DNA of 64,000 nt from Lingula anatina (Eukaryota > Animalia > Brachiopoda). The DNA lies in the NCBI GenBank assembly GCA_051362555.1, contig CM120641.1, forward strand, positions 35,842,401 to 35,906,400, written 5' to 3'. A program made the position numbers and the translations under genes. Shown here piece after piece: positions 46,001 through 59,863 of the stretch (position 1 is the stretch's first letter; each line of letters begins with the position of its first letter). The notes beneath the pieces are model-generated. The model did no database searches. It was not told the DNA's origin and saw nothing but the letters and a program-made list of their open reading frames with translations.

Positions 46001-46180
46001 CCATGATTAAAATCTCTTGAACCGGTATCGCACACTGAATGTTGCGGATAGACTGTTTTCAATGCAAGGCAGATGTACATAAAACCATGACTTGAACACC
46101 ATAAGGGAAGATATACAGAACCAGTGGAAACATGCATGCTACAATGCAGTTTGGTATAATGTTAACGCACGTTTGAAAGT

Positions 46181-47296
46181 ATGGATAGTTCAAGCCCTAC
46201 CAACCAGGGACTTAAAGTGCAGACATTGGACTTCCCTCGCTATGGAGTGGAACCGTCTCAAGGAGCTCTTCCAAAGAGAAGAAACAACTCACGGATGACG
46301 CAGTCATTGAAACGAGAACTGATAAAGAACAGAGGTGATTTGTTCTACTCCAGCGATGATGAGGTTCTTGGACCTGAAATTAACGTGAATGACATAACCG
46401 ATTGTCCTCCTGAGCAACGGCGACAACATCATTATTCTGTAACATATTTTCCAAAATTGGAGTTAACCCAACACACGCCGAAAAAGAATATGTACATGTC
46501 CGATTTAAACCTAGCCTACGTCCACAGGGTAAAACTGTGCCGTAAGATGCGTGGGCTGGATCACAGGAACTGGGTACCAGAGCTAAGACTGCACAGAAAG
46601 CAGAGACTAGAACCTATGATGAACGCGACAGAAAGCCAAGCTCATCAGGAATATTATGAATGGCACAAGCACGTGTTCCCCAGCCCGGTCTCAGGTCTTG
46701 ATTCTGACGACTCCGATGTGGACCATAGCTTTGACAGCGACAGCGAAGACTCGGGCATATTTCAGAATTCCCCTAGATTTAAGGATGGTGGTGGTGGTCA
46801 ACTTGATGTACCGGCACCAAGGCTGCAGAACTCACTGCGCCCGGAATTGTCCGACATACCCGAAAGTCTACCAGAAGCGATGGAAGATTGGGCCAATATT
46901 TCGACAGAGATCTCAAGTCAAGTTCCAAATAACGGCAACCAGACAAGCGCGTCCGGGCAAGAGACGGAGAAAAATGCCAGATACACAAGTTCAAATGAAG
47001 GTAAAACTACTGCACCAGCAAAACATGGGCGAGCCAGAGACGAGAAACCGCAGAAGAAGAGTTCCAGTCGTCATACGAGAAAACAAATTAGTGAAAATAA
47101 TCGAGCCATAGTCGAGAGGCTGGAACAGATGGTGCTTGATTATGAACAGAGATACGCTGGGGATACGGGAGATACGGGCATCTCACCTCGGCAAGGGCGC
47201 CGGTTAGGAGGACTGGTGTCGTCAACACGATTACACCAGCTGCTGAACAGTAAGACGCCTCTTCGAATGGAAAATTGCTACAATTTTTACATGTGA
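46181..47296 (+). CDS. Uncharacterised 371-aa protein with an acidic Ser/Asp tract, single coding exon
   Basis: 1116-nt ATG-initiated ORF (agtATGG context) with elevated GC, followed by T-rich 3'UTR-like sequence and AATAAA at ~48148. No domain recognised. Confidence 0.72.
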   Translation: MDSSSPTNQGLKVQTLDFPRYGVEPSQGALPKRRNNSRMTQSLKRELIKNRGDLFYSSDDEVLGPEINVNDITDCPPEQRRQHHYSVTYFPKLELTQHTPKKNMYMSDLNLAYVHRVKLCRKMRGLDHRNWVPELRLHRKQRLEPMMNATESQAHQEYYEWHKHVFPSPVSGLDSDDSDVDHSFDSDSEDSGIFQNSPRFKDGGGGQLDVPAPRLQNSLRPELSDIPESLPEAMEDWANISTEISSQVPNNGNQTSASGQETEKNARYTSSNEGKTTAPAKHGRARDEKPQKKSSSRHTRKQISENNRAIVERLEQMVLDYEQRYAGDTGDTGISPRQGRRLGGLVSSTRLHQLLNSKTPLRMENCYNFYM

Positions 47297-50200
47297 TGAG
47301 CTTCCATTTTGTAAATGTATTCGTGTGTAAAATCTAACATAACCGGGCTTGAGTGTTAATTACACAGAGTCTTATCTGTATGCCAAAAAAGTATGACATT
47401 TTAATTGCTCAAAGGATTTTCCGCAGTGCTAGATCTTGCAGTTTAGCTGACATTGTTAGGTGCGCAGCATTTGCCTTCAGCGCAGATTGCTCTTACTAAT
47501 GTACCCCACCGAGCAGAATCGCCAGGTGCCTCTAACACAATCGGGTACCCAGTGACCCTCACCGAGTTATCCATGACAGCAGTGCGCTGCCCTTTAAATT
47601 CAGACATAGGAAAAACACTAGTTGATTGCTGTTGCGTAGCAGAACTCCCGGAAAATTACTTTTATCTGTGCCATGACAAATGTACAGAGGATAATTTGCT
47701 TGTGTTATTATCTAAGTGATAGTAGACCTGAGCTCTGGTCGGGTGAATGTATCGCATTTGTGATGGCGTGAATCAACAGCGATAATGTTGTTTTCAGGAG
47801 CTCTGTATGTTGTGTGTGGATATTTAGTGTAGTGACTTTATTGTGCTGCAATTGCATTTTAAGAATTAACTTTTACCCGGTTTTTTACTACATTTGGATT
47901 GTTTTGCTTTTTTTAACATGTATATTTATATTTTTGATTGATTTACAACAGATTTTTTTCTTTTTCTAAATGTGCATGTAGGTATAGTATACTCATTTGT
48001 ATTCATATGTAAATGTTTACTTTCCAACTATCAATGTTATAGATTTTCTTTTGTTACAAACATTATGCCATGTAAGTTTTTACGTGGGTCTGTGTTTGCT
48101 TTTGAATTGAATTTATCTTATTTTTAGATGGAGTAGGACCAACAGAAAATAAAACTAAATCGTGGAGTGGGGTACAATTGATATGATATGACGCGTAATG
48201 ATGTATATATTATTGATGTCAGTCTATTCATTGTAATACAGCTACCCCATCAGATTAGCTTAGTATTTGACACACCATGGCATTTTCTTTTTAAGAAATA
48301 ATAACAGGCCTTGTAAAAGGACAATTACAAAAATTTGAGTAATTCGTAAACACCTGTAGATAAAACAGCGCTATCAAATGAAATGTTAACCGTTCAAAAG
48401 ACCTTCGCCATTGAAAGTGTTAATTTTTTTCAGGTCTTGTAAAGGGAAAATTGCTAAAATTTGAATAATTTGCAAAATTGTGCAAATGAAAAGGACTAGG
48501 AGATTAATTTTAGCATCACATTTCATATTTATATTCAAAGGGAGTAGTTGTCATCCTACTCAGTGACCCACCGACGTTGAAGATTGTTGTGCTACTCCAT
48601 AGTGCTGTAGTGATTCAGAGACAAGTCTGAAAGATATTAGAATTACATTAGCAACATAATATCAATTCATTTTTAAATAAAATAGATAAAAGCTCGTTTA
48701 CAGAGTGAAATTTAATAATATATCAAATATTAAATTTGGTAAACTGTACTCAAAGAGAAAAACTCAAGTAGAAATTTGTTTATAGGTCCGGGTTTATTTT
48801 ATTTGGTAAAATTATGTACATGTAATTTACCATCAAGTGATCAAGGGTATTTTTGCAACAGTTCTGTTATTTACATTCCCGATCAAATTTTTGAAATAAA
48901 TGGATTCTTCATAACCCTACTAGATTGTATTTTTATATGAATTTATTTCAGCGTATTCAGAATTGAATTGCCTTTTAACAGGCTCCCAGAAGAACGGCCA
49001 TCAAAGGCCATATCATCAAAATCTACTGACAGCAGATATAATAAAATCATTTACCCGAAAATCCGATCAAAAACGTGCGATTTCATCTGATAATGAAGCG
49101 TTTACTCTTGCATTTGGCATTTTAACAGTGGGATGTTATTTACAGGGACACGTTTTTAAATCGCGCATTTACTTTTTTTTTTCGAAACGAACATGATGAT
49201 ATTAGTCAATACGGTAGCGGGGTAATGACTGGTATTTCATAACTCTATAATACAGTAAATCACGAAATTTCCAAATTCTAAACAATGTATTTTGTAAACC
49301 TGGGCGCAGTGATGTTACATAAACTGTAAGAGGAAATATATTCTATTACATAGCTATTCGGCGTTATCGATAATATGTATAATCAATGGAAAATGTCGCA
49401 ATGATTAAAGTTCCTGTGCTTTAAAAATATATTACAATAATAATAGATAAAATGTTACAAAACTTTTGCCCACAGTAAGAGCATTTGTCGTTAAATGGAT
49501 TTCTCTCAGGGAACATTTCGTGAATTGTTAATAGTTATGAATTTAATAGCATGCCTGACTGTTATTCTTTTAAAAATTCAAACTGAATTGTCAAAGAAAT
49601 CGGCCTTCACAGCTCTGTTATGTTTCTCAATTTAATATTTTTGCCCAATATTTTAAGCTAACCATAAGATACCTGTAACTCTAGGAAAATGGCTGCCTTG
49701 ATGAAAACCATGCAATGTTGTAAGATTATAGAGACTTTCCAAATAAGATGGAAATGCTACATTAAGTTTCATCATAATACCAGTGATTTCTTAGAAAATC
49801 ATGCTTATCAAGAGTTATACGCCTATCTGTAGAAAATTTTCTGTAATAACAAGCTGCAATAAGGACTGGAAATAAATCTTCTCCGTCTCCTTGGGGCCAC
49901 CTTTAGAAAAATTGAAAATTTTATTCATTTCGATTGTAATTAGTAGGACGATCTAAATGATCATAAAATGGCTTTTGGTTCTAGCTCTGTCATCAGTGTA
50001 TCTCGCATGAACGATAACTACTATCATTATGACTCTTCGCATATTGTGTTTTACGAAAAGGTCGTTTTGGATTGACATCTGATGAACGGCGAAATCATTA
50101 ATGATAGTCATTGCATTTGGGCCCACGGTGTCCTTTCAAAAACTGCTGATGGGCGGTTCCCATGGGCAGTGCTCTTTTTAATATTGTGTAATCTATTATA

Positions 50201-50475
50201 GTATCTCGCCCCGGCCAACACCTCATCTGTGTGTCCGTTTCATTTAGATTTCATTAAGATCGTTGAAACTAGCATAGGACCGTATCAGCCCTGTGATCTT
50301 CCGAAATCATATGTTTCACTGTAATTGTATTAAACAAGCAACAATTGTTTTGATAATTTAAGGGCAGGGAAGGACAGTAGGTCACGTCACCGCTCTGGCT
50401 TAGGGGGGAAACTAAACGGTGGACAGACAGGTGCAATGGTCATTAATATTTACGCTACCTTGTTAGCGTTAGTCC

Positions 50476-50477
50476 GT

Positions 50478-50535
<58 letters not shown>

Positions 50536-50540
50536 GAGAG
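50476..50540. repeat. Compound (GT)n(GA)n microsatellite upstream of Uncx
   Basis: Directly visible. Confidence 0.95.
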
Positions 50541-53356
50541 ATAGCAAGATACGACCGCTGCAGCATCATTACTCATCACGGAACTTTTATTAGAGATGTA
50601 AATGATTATCTTACGTTAATTTCTTTTCAAATATTACAAATACATGTAGCTGGGTGTTTTAGTGGTGGACGGAGTGCACACGCTGGAATATACACATGTA
50701 TGTTGATGTTCGCTGTTGGGGTCGTGAATAAAAAAAGGTCTCAGTAATTTTACGTACCGTCTCTCTGTCAACCCGTATATTGCTCTCTACCCGCTGCATT
50801 CAGTTCCATTGTTAACCATTCAGAATTATGCGTTATTAACTGAATAATTGAAACTAACTAGTTTCGCCTAAATTTGACAGGTGAAGTTGAGACAAATAGA
50901 AGCGCGGCGTCAGTCATGAATAAAAGAAAGGAAATGAGGGTGAAGGCTTCAGTACCGCCCAATAATGAAACGAAACAGGTGAAGGTGGCGAAACGTCGGA
51001 ACTACCAAAAGACCTAACAAAATGAGGATATAGCGTGTCGGTGACACTAACAAGGAATCGATGATGAGGTGCAAATCCGCACTCACGTAATTTTACATTC
51101 TACGCTTCCGTTTATAGGTTTTCACTTCGAGGATTTTTACTGGCATGTAACATATACGCATACAAATTGTTTCCCGGAAAAAGCCGGATAACTTTATCGC
51201 AACTTGATGAGGAAAACAGAAATACTAATATGGAATAAAAAAAAAAGAAGAATCAGAATAAAAGAAATGTAAATGAGCAAATTGGATAGCCAACATTTCT
51301 ATAAAGATCAAAAATGGAAATAATGGAGCAATAAATACCATCGAAAGATGTTAAAATTAGGCCTATATTTTATAGTAAAGTAAATTTTTGAATTTGGAAT
51401 GCAATAACGTTATCTATTAAGAATTAATTTCATAAAGAAAGAACGCAAAAAAAAAACAAAGCGGTCAAACAGATGTAATAACTGATCAATAATGAAGCTA
51501 AATGAAGTGTGATTAGAGCAATCAATGCTACGATTAGCATTACAATTTGATCAAATTGTATACATGGCTTTATTCTGGTTGCAAAAGAGTAGCGTGTATT
51601 GCAATACCTTTGATGCATCCTTTAAGAAAAAAATGCTTTCGTATTTCTCTTGACCAATATATGCAAGATTATGCCTTTCGTTTTATAAAAATAGTGAAAA
51701 ATAAAATAAATCAAAGAAAAAAGAGTGTAAACACCATCTAGATAAGAGTCTACTGGATTTGTTTGTTAAGCCTCACCACAGCTATAAACGTAAGATTTGT
51801 TTACAAATATTCCACCAGGAGGACTCAAGCGCACGTGCCCAATACATAGAATAGTAATTAACCAATTCCGGGATGGCTTAAAATTTGCATGGGTGAGTTA
51901 AGATACATACGTAACAGTTAAGGGATTTGATCGGCAAAGGAGTTAGCAAAGAAATCCATTAACGAACTAATAACTCGGAATAGTTCTTCAAAGGAATCCG
52001 CCTGCGTCTTATGACAAAAGTCGATCGCAAATACATTCAAATACATAGGTCGGGGATTTTATCTCATAATAAGAAATTTTTACTGGAATGCTGGCGGAAG
52101 AGATAAAGAAGTGCACATTTAGTGACATAAAAAAGAGGAAGAAAAATAAGAATTGCCCAACGATATTTCCATTACTTTTAGTGAATGAAAAAAATCAACT
52201 TCACAAAATAAAGTACCCGGTGGCGCCAATTAAAACTTAGATTATTTCAACCGTTGCGAACTTTTTTCTCTCCAAATATAATCTCTCTATGCTAGGCTCC
52301 TCACGATTCACCTTACTATTGTTGTTTAACTTGCTTACTTTATTTAAACGTTTTATGTCCTATCCATTTCAACTATCAAGTGTTTGAATCTCAGATTCAA
52401 TTTGCGATGAATACGACCGAGGGATATTTCGTCTAGCATTGTCCCAGCTCTTTTCTTTCGCAGTGAATCCTGTAATTGACTCCTGTCAAAGTCACAGATA
52501 CTGAGATGAACTTTGCGCATCTAATTACTATAGTGAGAGAGGCACATAATACAGATCAGTGTTTCTACTCTATATTTTACCTGTACAGAAAAGTGGTTTA
52601 ATGTTAGGGAACCAGGATCGTTCCGGTTAGTGATTAATTTTCATTAAACAATGAGGGAACGTTACACTTTTATGAGACGTTCTCACCGGATGTCTATATG
52701 TAAAATCGGTGGCTATTCACTCAGACGCCCGGGTATGATACTAACCTTGGTTTTATTTAAACGCGACAATACAAAGTATGTTGAATGTAACGGATATACC
52801 TTTATTATTGAAGAAAATTTATCTTAGCACGCAAATGCTCACTGATATTGTTCCCCATGTGTCCATAGGCTATCTATTTTTACGGGTCCTATTTCATATG
52901 TCGTCGAAAGGAATTTTTCGTTAAAGAAACTTTTTCTCTCCCACGTTCAACCATTAATACGTGTGAAAGTATTTTCTATGTTGACTTTTATGTTTTAAAA
53001 TTATTTTTCAAAATTTTACGACCTCCATAAAAGTTGAAGATGATGATGGTTTAAGGCGTATTAGGTACAAGATATCTTTCAACCTTAACTGTTAGTAATG
53101 TCAAACGAATTAATATAGGATAGGTTTGTAAAAAGTTACCCTGGAGCGTATAGGCATCTGCTTGCCTCCAATACACTATCACTGTCACTCAGTCACTTCA
53201 TTATGGAGTTAGTCATTAGACTCAAATATTCATTTCGGGAAATGAACATCGTTTCCAGCAATCAATAGATAAGCAAATAATAGTCCAGAGAGGCGTGAGC
53301 CGCGTACCGTTTACGGATGATGCTTTCCAAGTTGCTCGAAGATGAGAAAGCTGAGC

Positions 53357-53370
53357 TCTGATTGGCTGAG
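53357..53370. promoter_or_regulatory. Inverted CCAAT box upstream of the Uncx start codon
   Basis: CTGATTGGCT about 120 bp upstream of the ATG at 53480. Confidence 0.45.
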
Positions 53371-53479
53371 CCCTACAAACCCGAACTGCACTGCGGGATG
53401 AAATCACGGTGTACTGTGAGAGACAGTGTCAATACTCCCTTTAACACTCACTGAGCGCGCGAGCCAAGGAGGCATCACG

Positions 53480-56400
53480 ATGCTGTCGTATTTTCCCAAC
53501 GCCGCCGCAGTGTCATCAGTCACGGGAAAGATGGAAAACAGAGTGTTTGGCAACTCTCCCGCCGCTCATTTGGGGAGGGGTATAGGTTTTACTCCGTTTT
53601 CGCAGCACTCCTATCCGACGCCCCTACCGGCGTGCGGGCCGTACGGGTATGAATTTCCAGGTGGAAACCTGGGGCACTCTTCCTTCAGCATGGAAAGTCT
53701 ACTACCCAGAGGCCAGGGATCGCCTACCTCCCTTACACCAGGGTCTCGCATATCGTCTCATCATTCGCCAGATCCCGGGTCAGGTAAGACGGGTTTTTTT
53801 TTTTTTTTTACTTTTTTTTTCTCCCAATTCCAGTAGTTGTTATTGTAATTGACAAGTGACAAGAGAAAGTAGGGTTAATCTAATTGCTGAGTTAAAGCAT
53901 ATTTGTGTTACTTCTAGGTAAATTTCCTCACCGAAGAGGACGTCAAATAGCCCAAATATTAAACAAATATTTTTGCGTGTTTAACATTGATGCAATGCTA
54001 AACAACAGACCAAATGTGTATAATGGTTAATTTTTGTTTTGCCAGACCCCCAGGACTTAAGTTATTATTACAAGGAACTCTCGTGGTAACTGTGTTCTCC
54101 ACAAAATTGTTTTTCTTTTCTTTTTTAAAGACAGGATGTCTTCAAGCGGAATTCTCATTCTTTGGGTAGAGGTTTCTTACATGTGTACGAAACTCGCATA
54201 AAATTTTATATAACCGTTTGAGTACTTTTTGATATACGACAAGAAATCATCATCATCATCGTCTGTCGGTTTTCTTTGATGTGTCCATAAAATTATTGTC
54301 CAACTTTCTAAATAGCATTTGTAAGCTCATGTAATTGGTGCGGATCCCTTTGGCCTGTACATTAAAGGGATGATAGTATAAGCGTGGGTTAGTTTTACTG
54401 CTGCTTACTAATTTAAACCACGTGTCAAAATTATGGTTATTTTGATAAATACAATACTCCGTCTTCTTGGTGCTTTATTTCAGTGTAAATTGTATCATGG
54501 ACTTATTGCAGATTATGTTAAATTTTCGATTTCATAATGTTGTAATAATTTGATTTGCTCATAATATCATCCATTAATTGAACTAAATTTCTTAATTGAA
54601 TATTAAGTTCTTAGTTCTATCTGAAAATCTAAAAATTTATCATTCATAATGTGATAAAAAGTTTTAGATCACATTATTAAGAAAATTAAAACGCGAAGAA
54701 AACCAATATATTCGCCATTAAATATCGCAAATGAATGAGAGTGAAAACGTACTTTGATAAAAAAAAAACACAAAAGACAAAATCATCACATTGTGAATCC
54801 TTTTAAGCAAACGTTATCCCCCCCAAAAAAAAAAAATGAAATCCAAATTCAACAAGGACTAATGTTTTTGCAGATCTCAAGGATGGCGAAAAAGATGACT
54901 GTCACCCAAAGCGTCGACGCACGAGGACCAACTTCACCGGTTGGCAGCTAGAAGAGCTGGAACGCGCCTTTCAGGACAGTCACTACCCTGACGTCTTCAT
55001 GCGAGAAGCCCTGGCTCTTAGACTGGACCTTGTAGAATCTAGAGTACAGGTACTTTTTTTTCAATATATGGAATATATATTTGAATAAGACCGTGTTTAT
55101 GCCTCGCATTGAATTCTGTTTGCCTAAGACTAGACCTTGGCGGAATTTGGTACCCAGCTACGTTTACATTGCTGTTAAAGAAAAGGAATTGGTGTAGGTT
55201 TATTCGGATATTTAGTGGAAAAACGACCGTTCTCTGTAGACTGAAACGCTATTTAAACTCTACAAGCCGTCCTCTAGCACAAAGTTGGCCTTAAGAGTTT
55301 TACATCAGATGTCTATAAGAAGCCATTTCATCACAAATAAAATAGGCACTGGTGCTCATGGGTTACTTTCTATTCCATAAAAAGGTTAATCTGTAACTAG
55401 GACCCTATTGTCCAATAGAATTTAATTGGTGATCTCCTGGAGTCGCTGCCCATTTGATAGACCTAAATAGTCTTGGTATGTTAAAATCTATAGACCCGCC
55501 GTTTTCTTCAAAATTAAACAACTCAAGGTATTTGCTTTAAATGAGTGTAGGTGCATGTACTATTAACTGGATAGTAGACTGAATATGAGTGAAGTTCCAT
55601 ACCATTCATCTACTCCTAGAGAATTTTTTTTACTTTTTAACCGATGTTTTTGTAAAATAAAAGCACTTGTTAAAAATACCCGAGAGGGATCAGGTAAAAA
55701 CACCCGAGAGGGATTAACCAATCAACTAGACTTCCCTTGAACATTTACAAATGAAATGAAGTACATGTAGTTTGTTTAAAAGATTGTTTATTTTACATAC
55801 GGTGGAGTAATAAGGACAGGTCGACTTTTTGTAATAAAATCTGAATTTTAATATCAAATTGGTCGTATTTGAAGGCAGGATGAAAGTGGAATAGAAAAAT
55901 ATCAGAATAATTTTCTTTGGGCTTTTTTGTGCCTTATAGCAAATAAACAGTTAGGCTAATAATAACTATGTTTTTTTATTCAAAGAAATATGAATGTGAG
56001 GAAAACAACGTCAAAAGTCCTTTAAGATAAAAATAATGAAACACTGAAGCGTTTAAATAATTTCTTTTGCGTTTAACTTCGATTTTTAAAAAGTCAGAAG
56101 TTAACGTAAAAAGACATGCCATGCGGATGTCGGTTACAGTTAATAAGATGACATATTTCATGTTTAGGAACGCATATTCTCATAGTCCTTGGGATACATT
56201 AAATCAATTTCCTAGAAGTTTTGGGAACAGAAGACGAAATGGAATATTTTACTAGGAAACACAGAAAGGTTCACAAATCTGACTTTCTTGGCCGTTTCAA
56301 AATAACTCCGTCTTTTCATTATGGCCGTGTTTTCCCCACTTCCCCAGGCGGGACCCTTTCAATCAAACAGAAATGATAGCTAACTGGAGCGAAGTATTTA

Positions 56401-58891
56401 TTTTTCATATCAATATTTTTGCGAGTGCGTGAGATATTGATCCTCGCTGCCTTTACTAATTGAAAATCATCAAATTAACTTTTAAAGAACACGCAACAAA
56501 GCAGTGCATTAGCGGCAAATTGTCATACGAAGGATTGCATTATACTCCTTGTATCAATGATACTTCATTTCCTTCACGTAATTGCTAAATGAAACGAAAA
56601 CTGGATGCTAATTATTTTATTATCATATCACATTCGGTGGCTAATTTGTCTTTTCAGTCAGTCAAAACATGCATTGATATTTCATAAAGGAAACCTTGGG
56701 TTGCTATTCAGACGGGCTTTCTGGTGCTTAATTGTAAGGTTTGCGCGGGCTTTCCCCCTCATTTCCTGAGCTAGATAGCTGGTATTGAAACCGCATTGTG
56801 TCTGCGTCGGTTTTGACTTGTTTGATATCGTTAAATGGACGTTTGTCTATGATTGTGAATATGACCTGCAATGATAAGTCTGCTTCATCAAACGGGGAGA
56901 TCAGATTGAGAAGTCAAATATGCAAACGATGCGTCATGAGAAGATCACCACTGCAGTGGCACAGATTTCGTTAATATTATTATATATTTCCTTTGTTTCT
57001 GTAATCTTTTTTCAACCAATTTATGTAAATTATATTTATTTTGAAATGTTTTGAAACATGATTCAACAAACCAAAAGTTTTAGTTTTTGCAGCACATTGC
57101 AAGTGGTGCGCGTGGCCTGCATGTTCCTGTCCTTAAAAACAAGATGACTGTTTATATTTTGGGCGAAGTCAAGATGCTTTTGACAAGGATATTCCGAGTT
57201 TTTTCTTCTCCTTTTCTTGATTTGATCAGCGTCTAGGCTTAACTTGAGCTCGAGAATGATTGACTCCAGTTTACTTCGTCAATAAAGTAGGTGTGAAACG
57301 AACCCTCGACTTAATGGGGCTGTTCATAGGCCCATTATTAGCAATGCATTTAAGGTGCTAGATCTCCTCCATTAATAGTTAATGTAAACTTTGAACAATG
57401 ATCGGTTAAATTAATTAAATATTACACGTGAAATGGAGCTGTTATTGTGGTGTAAAGGATCTCGGATTTTATTAGCTTGGGACATTCGGGTATGATTGAA
57501 TATGGTCGTGTCAATAGACAAAAACTATTTGGGATTCGGGGGGTGAATGTCTTGAATGTCAGAGGAAGCTTACAATCAGAGGCGGTTGACTGTTTACAGT
57601 ACCTTGAAAGCCCCAACGCGGCGTGCTACCGAATGCCGGCTTTGGCTAAGAGGTGTCCGAGAATACATAGGTCAGGAATCGACGTAAATTTTCGCTTTTA
57701 TTTGTATGATGTTAGCACCCGAATTGACTTTCGTGCTCTAATGCGATGAACCTAGGGCCCCAGGTGACTTGTGGTGAAAATGAAACGTGGAGTTAAGCAG
57801 AAACTTCCTCCTACTTCGCACTTCGACAAACCAATTATCCCCACTTGATGAATTGAACGTTAATAGGCTTTCTCAGCCAAAATATGAGACAAGGGACTTG
57901 TTGATGCCCCAAGTGATTCGTAATGAATTTTTAAAGCCTAAAGAGCAAGGCTAATAGAACGTGGATAGCCTAAATTATTATTTCTGCCTCGGCGTTTCCA
58001 AATTGAAAGGCGCAGAGGCCAAATATTGTCATGAATTTGTGAAAGCAAATAAACAGAAAATGTCTCTGGACAACACATTAAGTTGCCTCTTTGGCATTCT
58101 TATTTTTGATTGAAACTGCAGTGGATATGGTTATTTATTGGGTTATCACAGGCACACTAAAATAGAATGATAGGGAAATTTGATTTAAAACACAAATGGC
58201 AAGATTTAGACATCGTCGAGGTTACGATGAGTTTGCAGCGCAATTGGCTCAGGTTTCGGAATTAACTGTAATGACAAGTCGAAAATAACTAACACTGCGA
58301 CCGGTCCCTTTCAGTCGAGCATGTGCTTTACATAACAGCTGAAAGGGGATGAGGAAAAATCACGCGTAGGCCGTTGCCGGCATTGTGTGCTTCAAAGTTT
58401 ACATTCGCGCCGTTTGTTCTTAAAAGCGGTGGACTTCACACAATGGCTAATTGATTTTTTGCGACTTAAGTTCCAACTTAATTGCCGAAAAACAATTAAT
58501 GTGTTTACTTAATGCCGACAAAGATGTTAAAATTTCATGCCTTTCAAAAAGGTATAAAGTCAGAGGATCGTTCACCCAAAGTCGGATCAATGTTCCATTT
58601 CGCGGAATATAATAGGGCATTAATGTATTACCGAGAGGGCCTGCTTTTGTAAATACAGCTAGAACCCGTAATCAATTTTGAAGGAATACCTATCAAAGAT
58701 ATGTCTTGTATCATTGGCAAGGGGTCCCTATAAGCGGGGAAATATGTGAATTATTTACGTGTTTTTGACTTCCCTTTTTGTTAGAAAAAACGGCGGTTCA
58801 ATGTGACTATTTGATAGAAATGTCATTAGCCATGGGCAAAACTGGAACCCTATGGAAGTGAATATAATGGGAATAAAATGGATTTTGATCA

Positions 58892-58930
<39 letters not shown>

Positions 58931-59863
58931 AAGAGAGAGAGAGAAATATTGAATTCGATTTTTGTACTCTGCATGTATTATGCAAGTCTTAATTAGGTCA
59001 CCATAGGATGAATTGACGGTGTAATAAAAGTTGCAATAAACCGCGCCTATTCAAATGATTCACCTTCTGTTGAAGTGCAACGATATAAGAAGTCATCCTC
59101 AATGTTTCTTCTCTAGGTATGGTTCCAAAATCGCCGTGCGAAGTGGCGAAAAAGAGAACACACCAAGAAAGGTCCTGGTCGCCCTGCCCACAACGCCCAT
59201 CCACAAACGTGCAGCGGCGAGCCTATAGATCCCGAGGAAGTTCAACGCAGGGAGCAAGAGCGTCTGGAAAAGAAACGAAGAAAGCAAGAAGAAAGGAAGA
59301 AAAGGATTGAAGAAAAGAAGCGAGTATTGGGCTCCTCGAAATGTGGCCTTAGTAGGGACTCAGACGTGTTGTTGTCACAGTCGCAGGACGTTGACAGCCG
59401 AATAGACGACTCGGAAGATGCTATTGACGTCGTTGGTGACAACAGTGACGGTGACGCCTCACGAGCTTCGGAGGAGCCCTCCTCACATGACGAAAATAGT
59501 AACCGCGTTTTAACATTCAGAAGTGCGTTTAGTATTGACTGTCTTTTAGAAGCCCCGAAAGTCCCGCGGGGGAGAAGGCCAAATTCAAAATACCCGAGGG
59601 TACAGGCTAGCAAATCAATGAATCCCTTTTCATTAGGGATGGTGCCTCTGTACCCTATAAACCAGCCGGTTGGGTTTATGGTGGAGCAAATACCAGAGAA
59701 CGAGGAATCAGAACGACTTTCGGAGGCCCGCTCTCCACAGAACGTGCGGGTCGAGCCTGAAACGCACAACGGAACTGAGACTGAAAATAATGAGTTTGCT
59801 GTCCTAGATTACTCTGTTGTTTCTGAGCCGGATTCAGAAATGCCACAGAAACAAAACGAATAA
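53480..59863 (+). CDS. UNCX: PRD-class (Q50) homeobox protein of the Uncx/UNC-4 family, ~408 aa
   Basis: Exons 53480-53783, 54874-55049 and 59117-59863 total 1227 nt in frame. Homeodomain [46 protein letters not shown]|[14 protein letters not shown] has the typical PRD-class intron. It is followed by the Uncx-specific [22 protein letters not shown] extension and the eh1 motif FSIDCLL. Confidence 0.95.
58895..58943. repeat. (GA)n microsatellite in Uncx intron 2
   Basis: Directly visible. Confidence 0.93.

Noticed and set aside
46656-47111. 151-aa overlapping ORF in another frame of the 371-aa ORF
   Set aside because: Expected by chance in GC-richer coding sequence; no independent support
55673-55715. 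Short direct repeat ACCCGAGAGGGAT x2 (similarly a 15-bp repeat at 30314-30343 and TACATGTA repeats near 35865)
   Set aside because: Ordinary slippage-type micro-duplications with no further structure
59242-59769. 175-aa antisense ORF
   Set aside because: Shadow of Uncx exon 3 on the opposite strand
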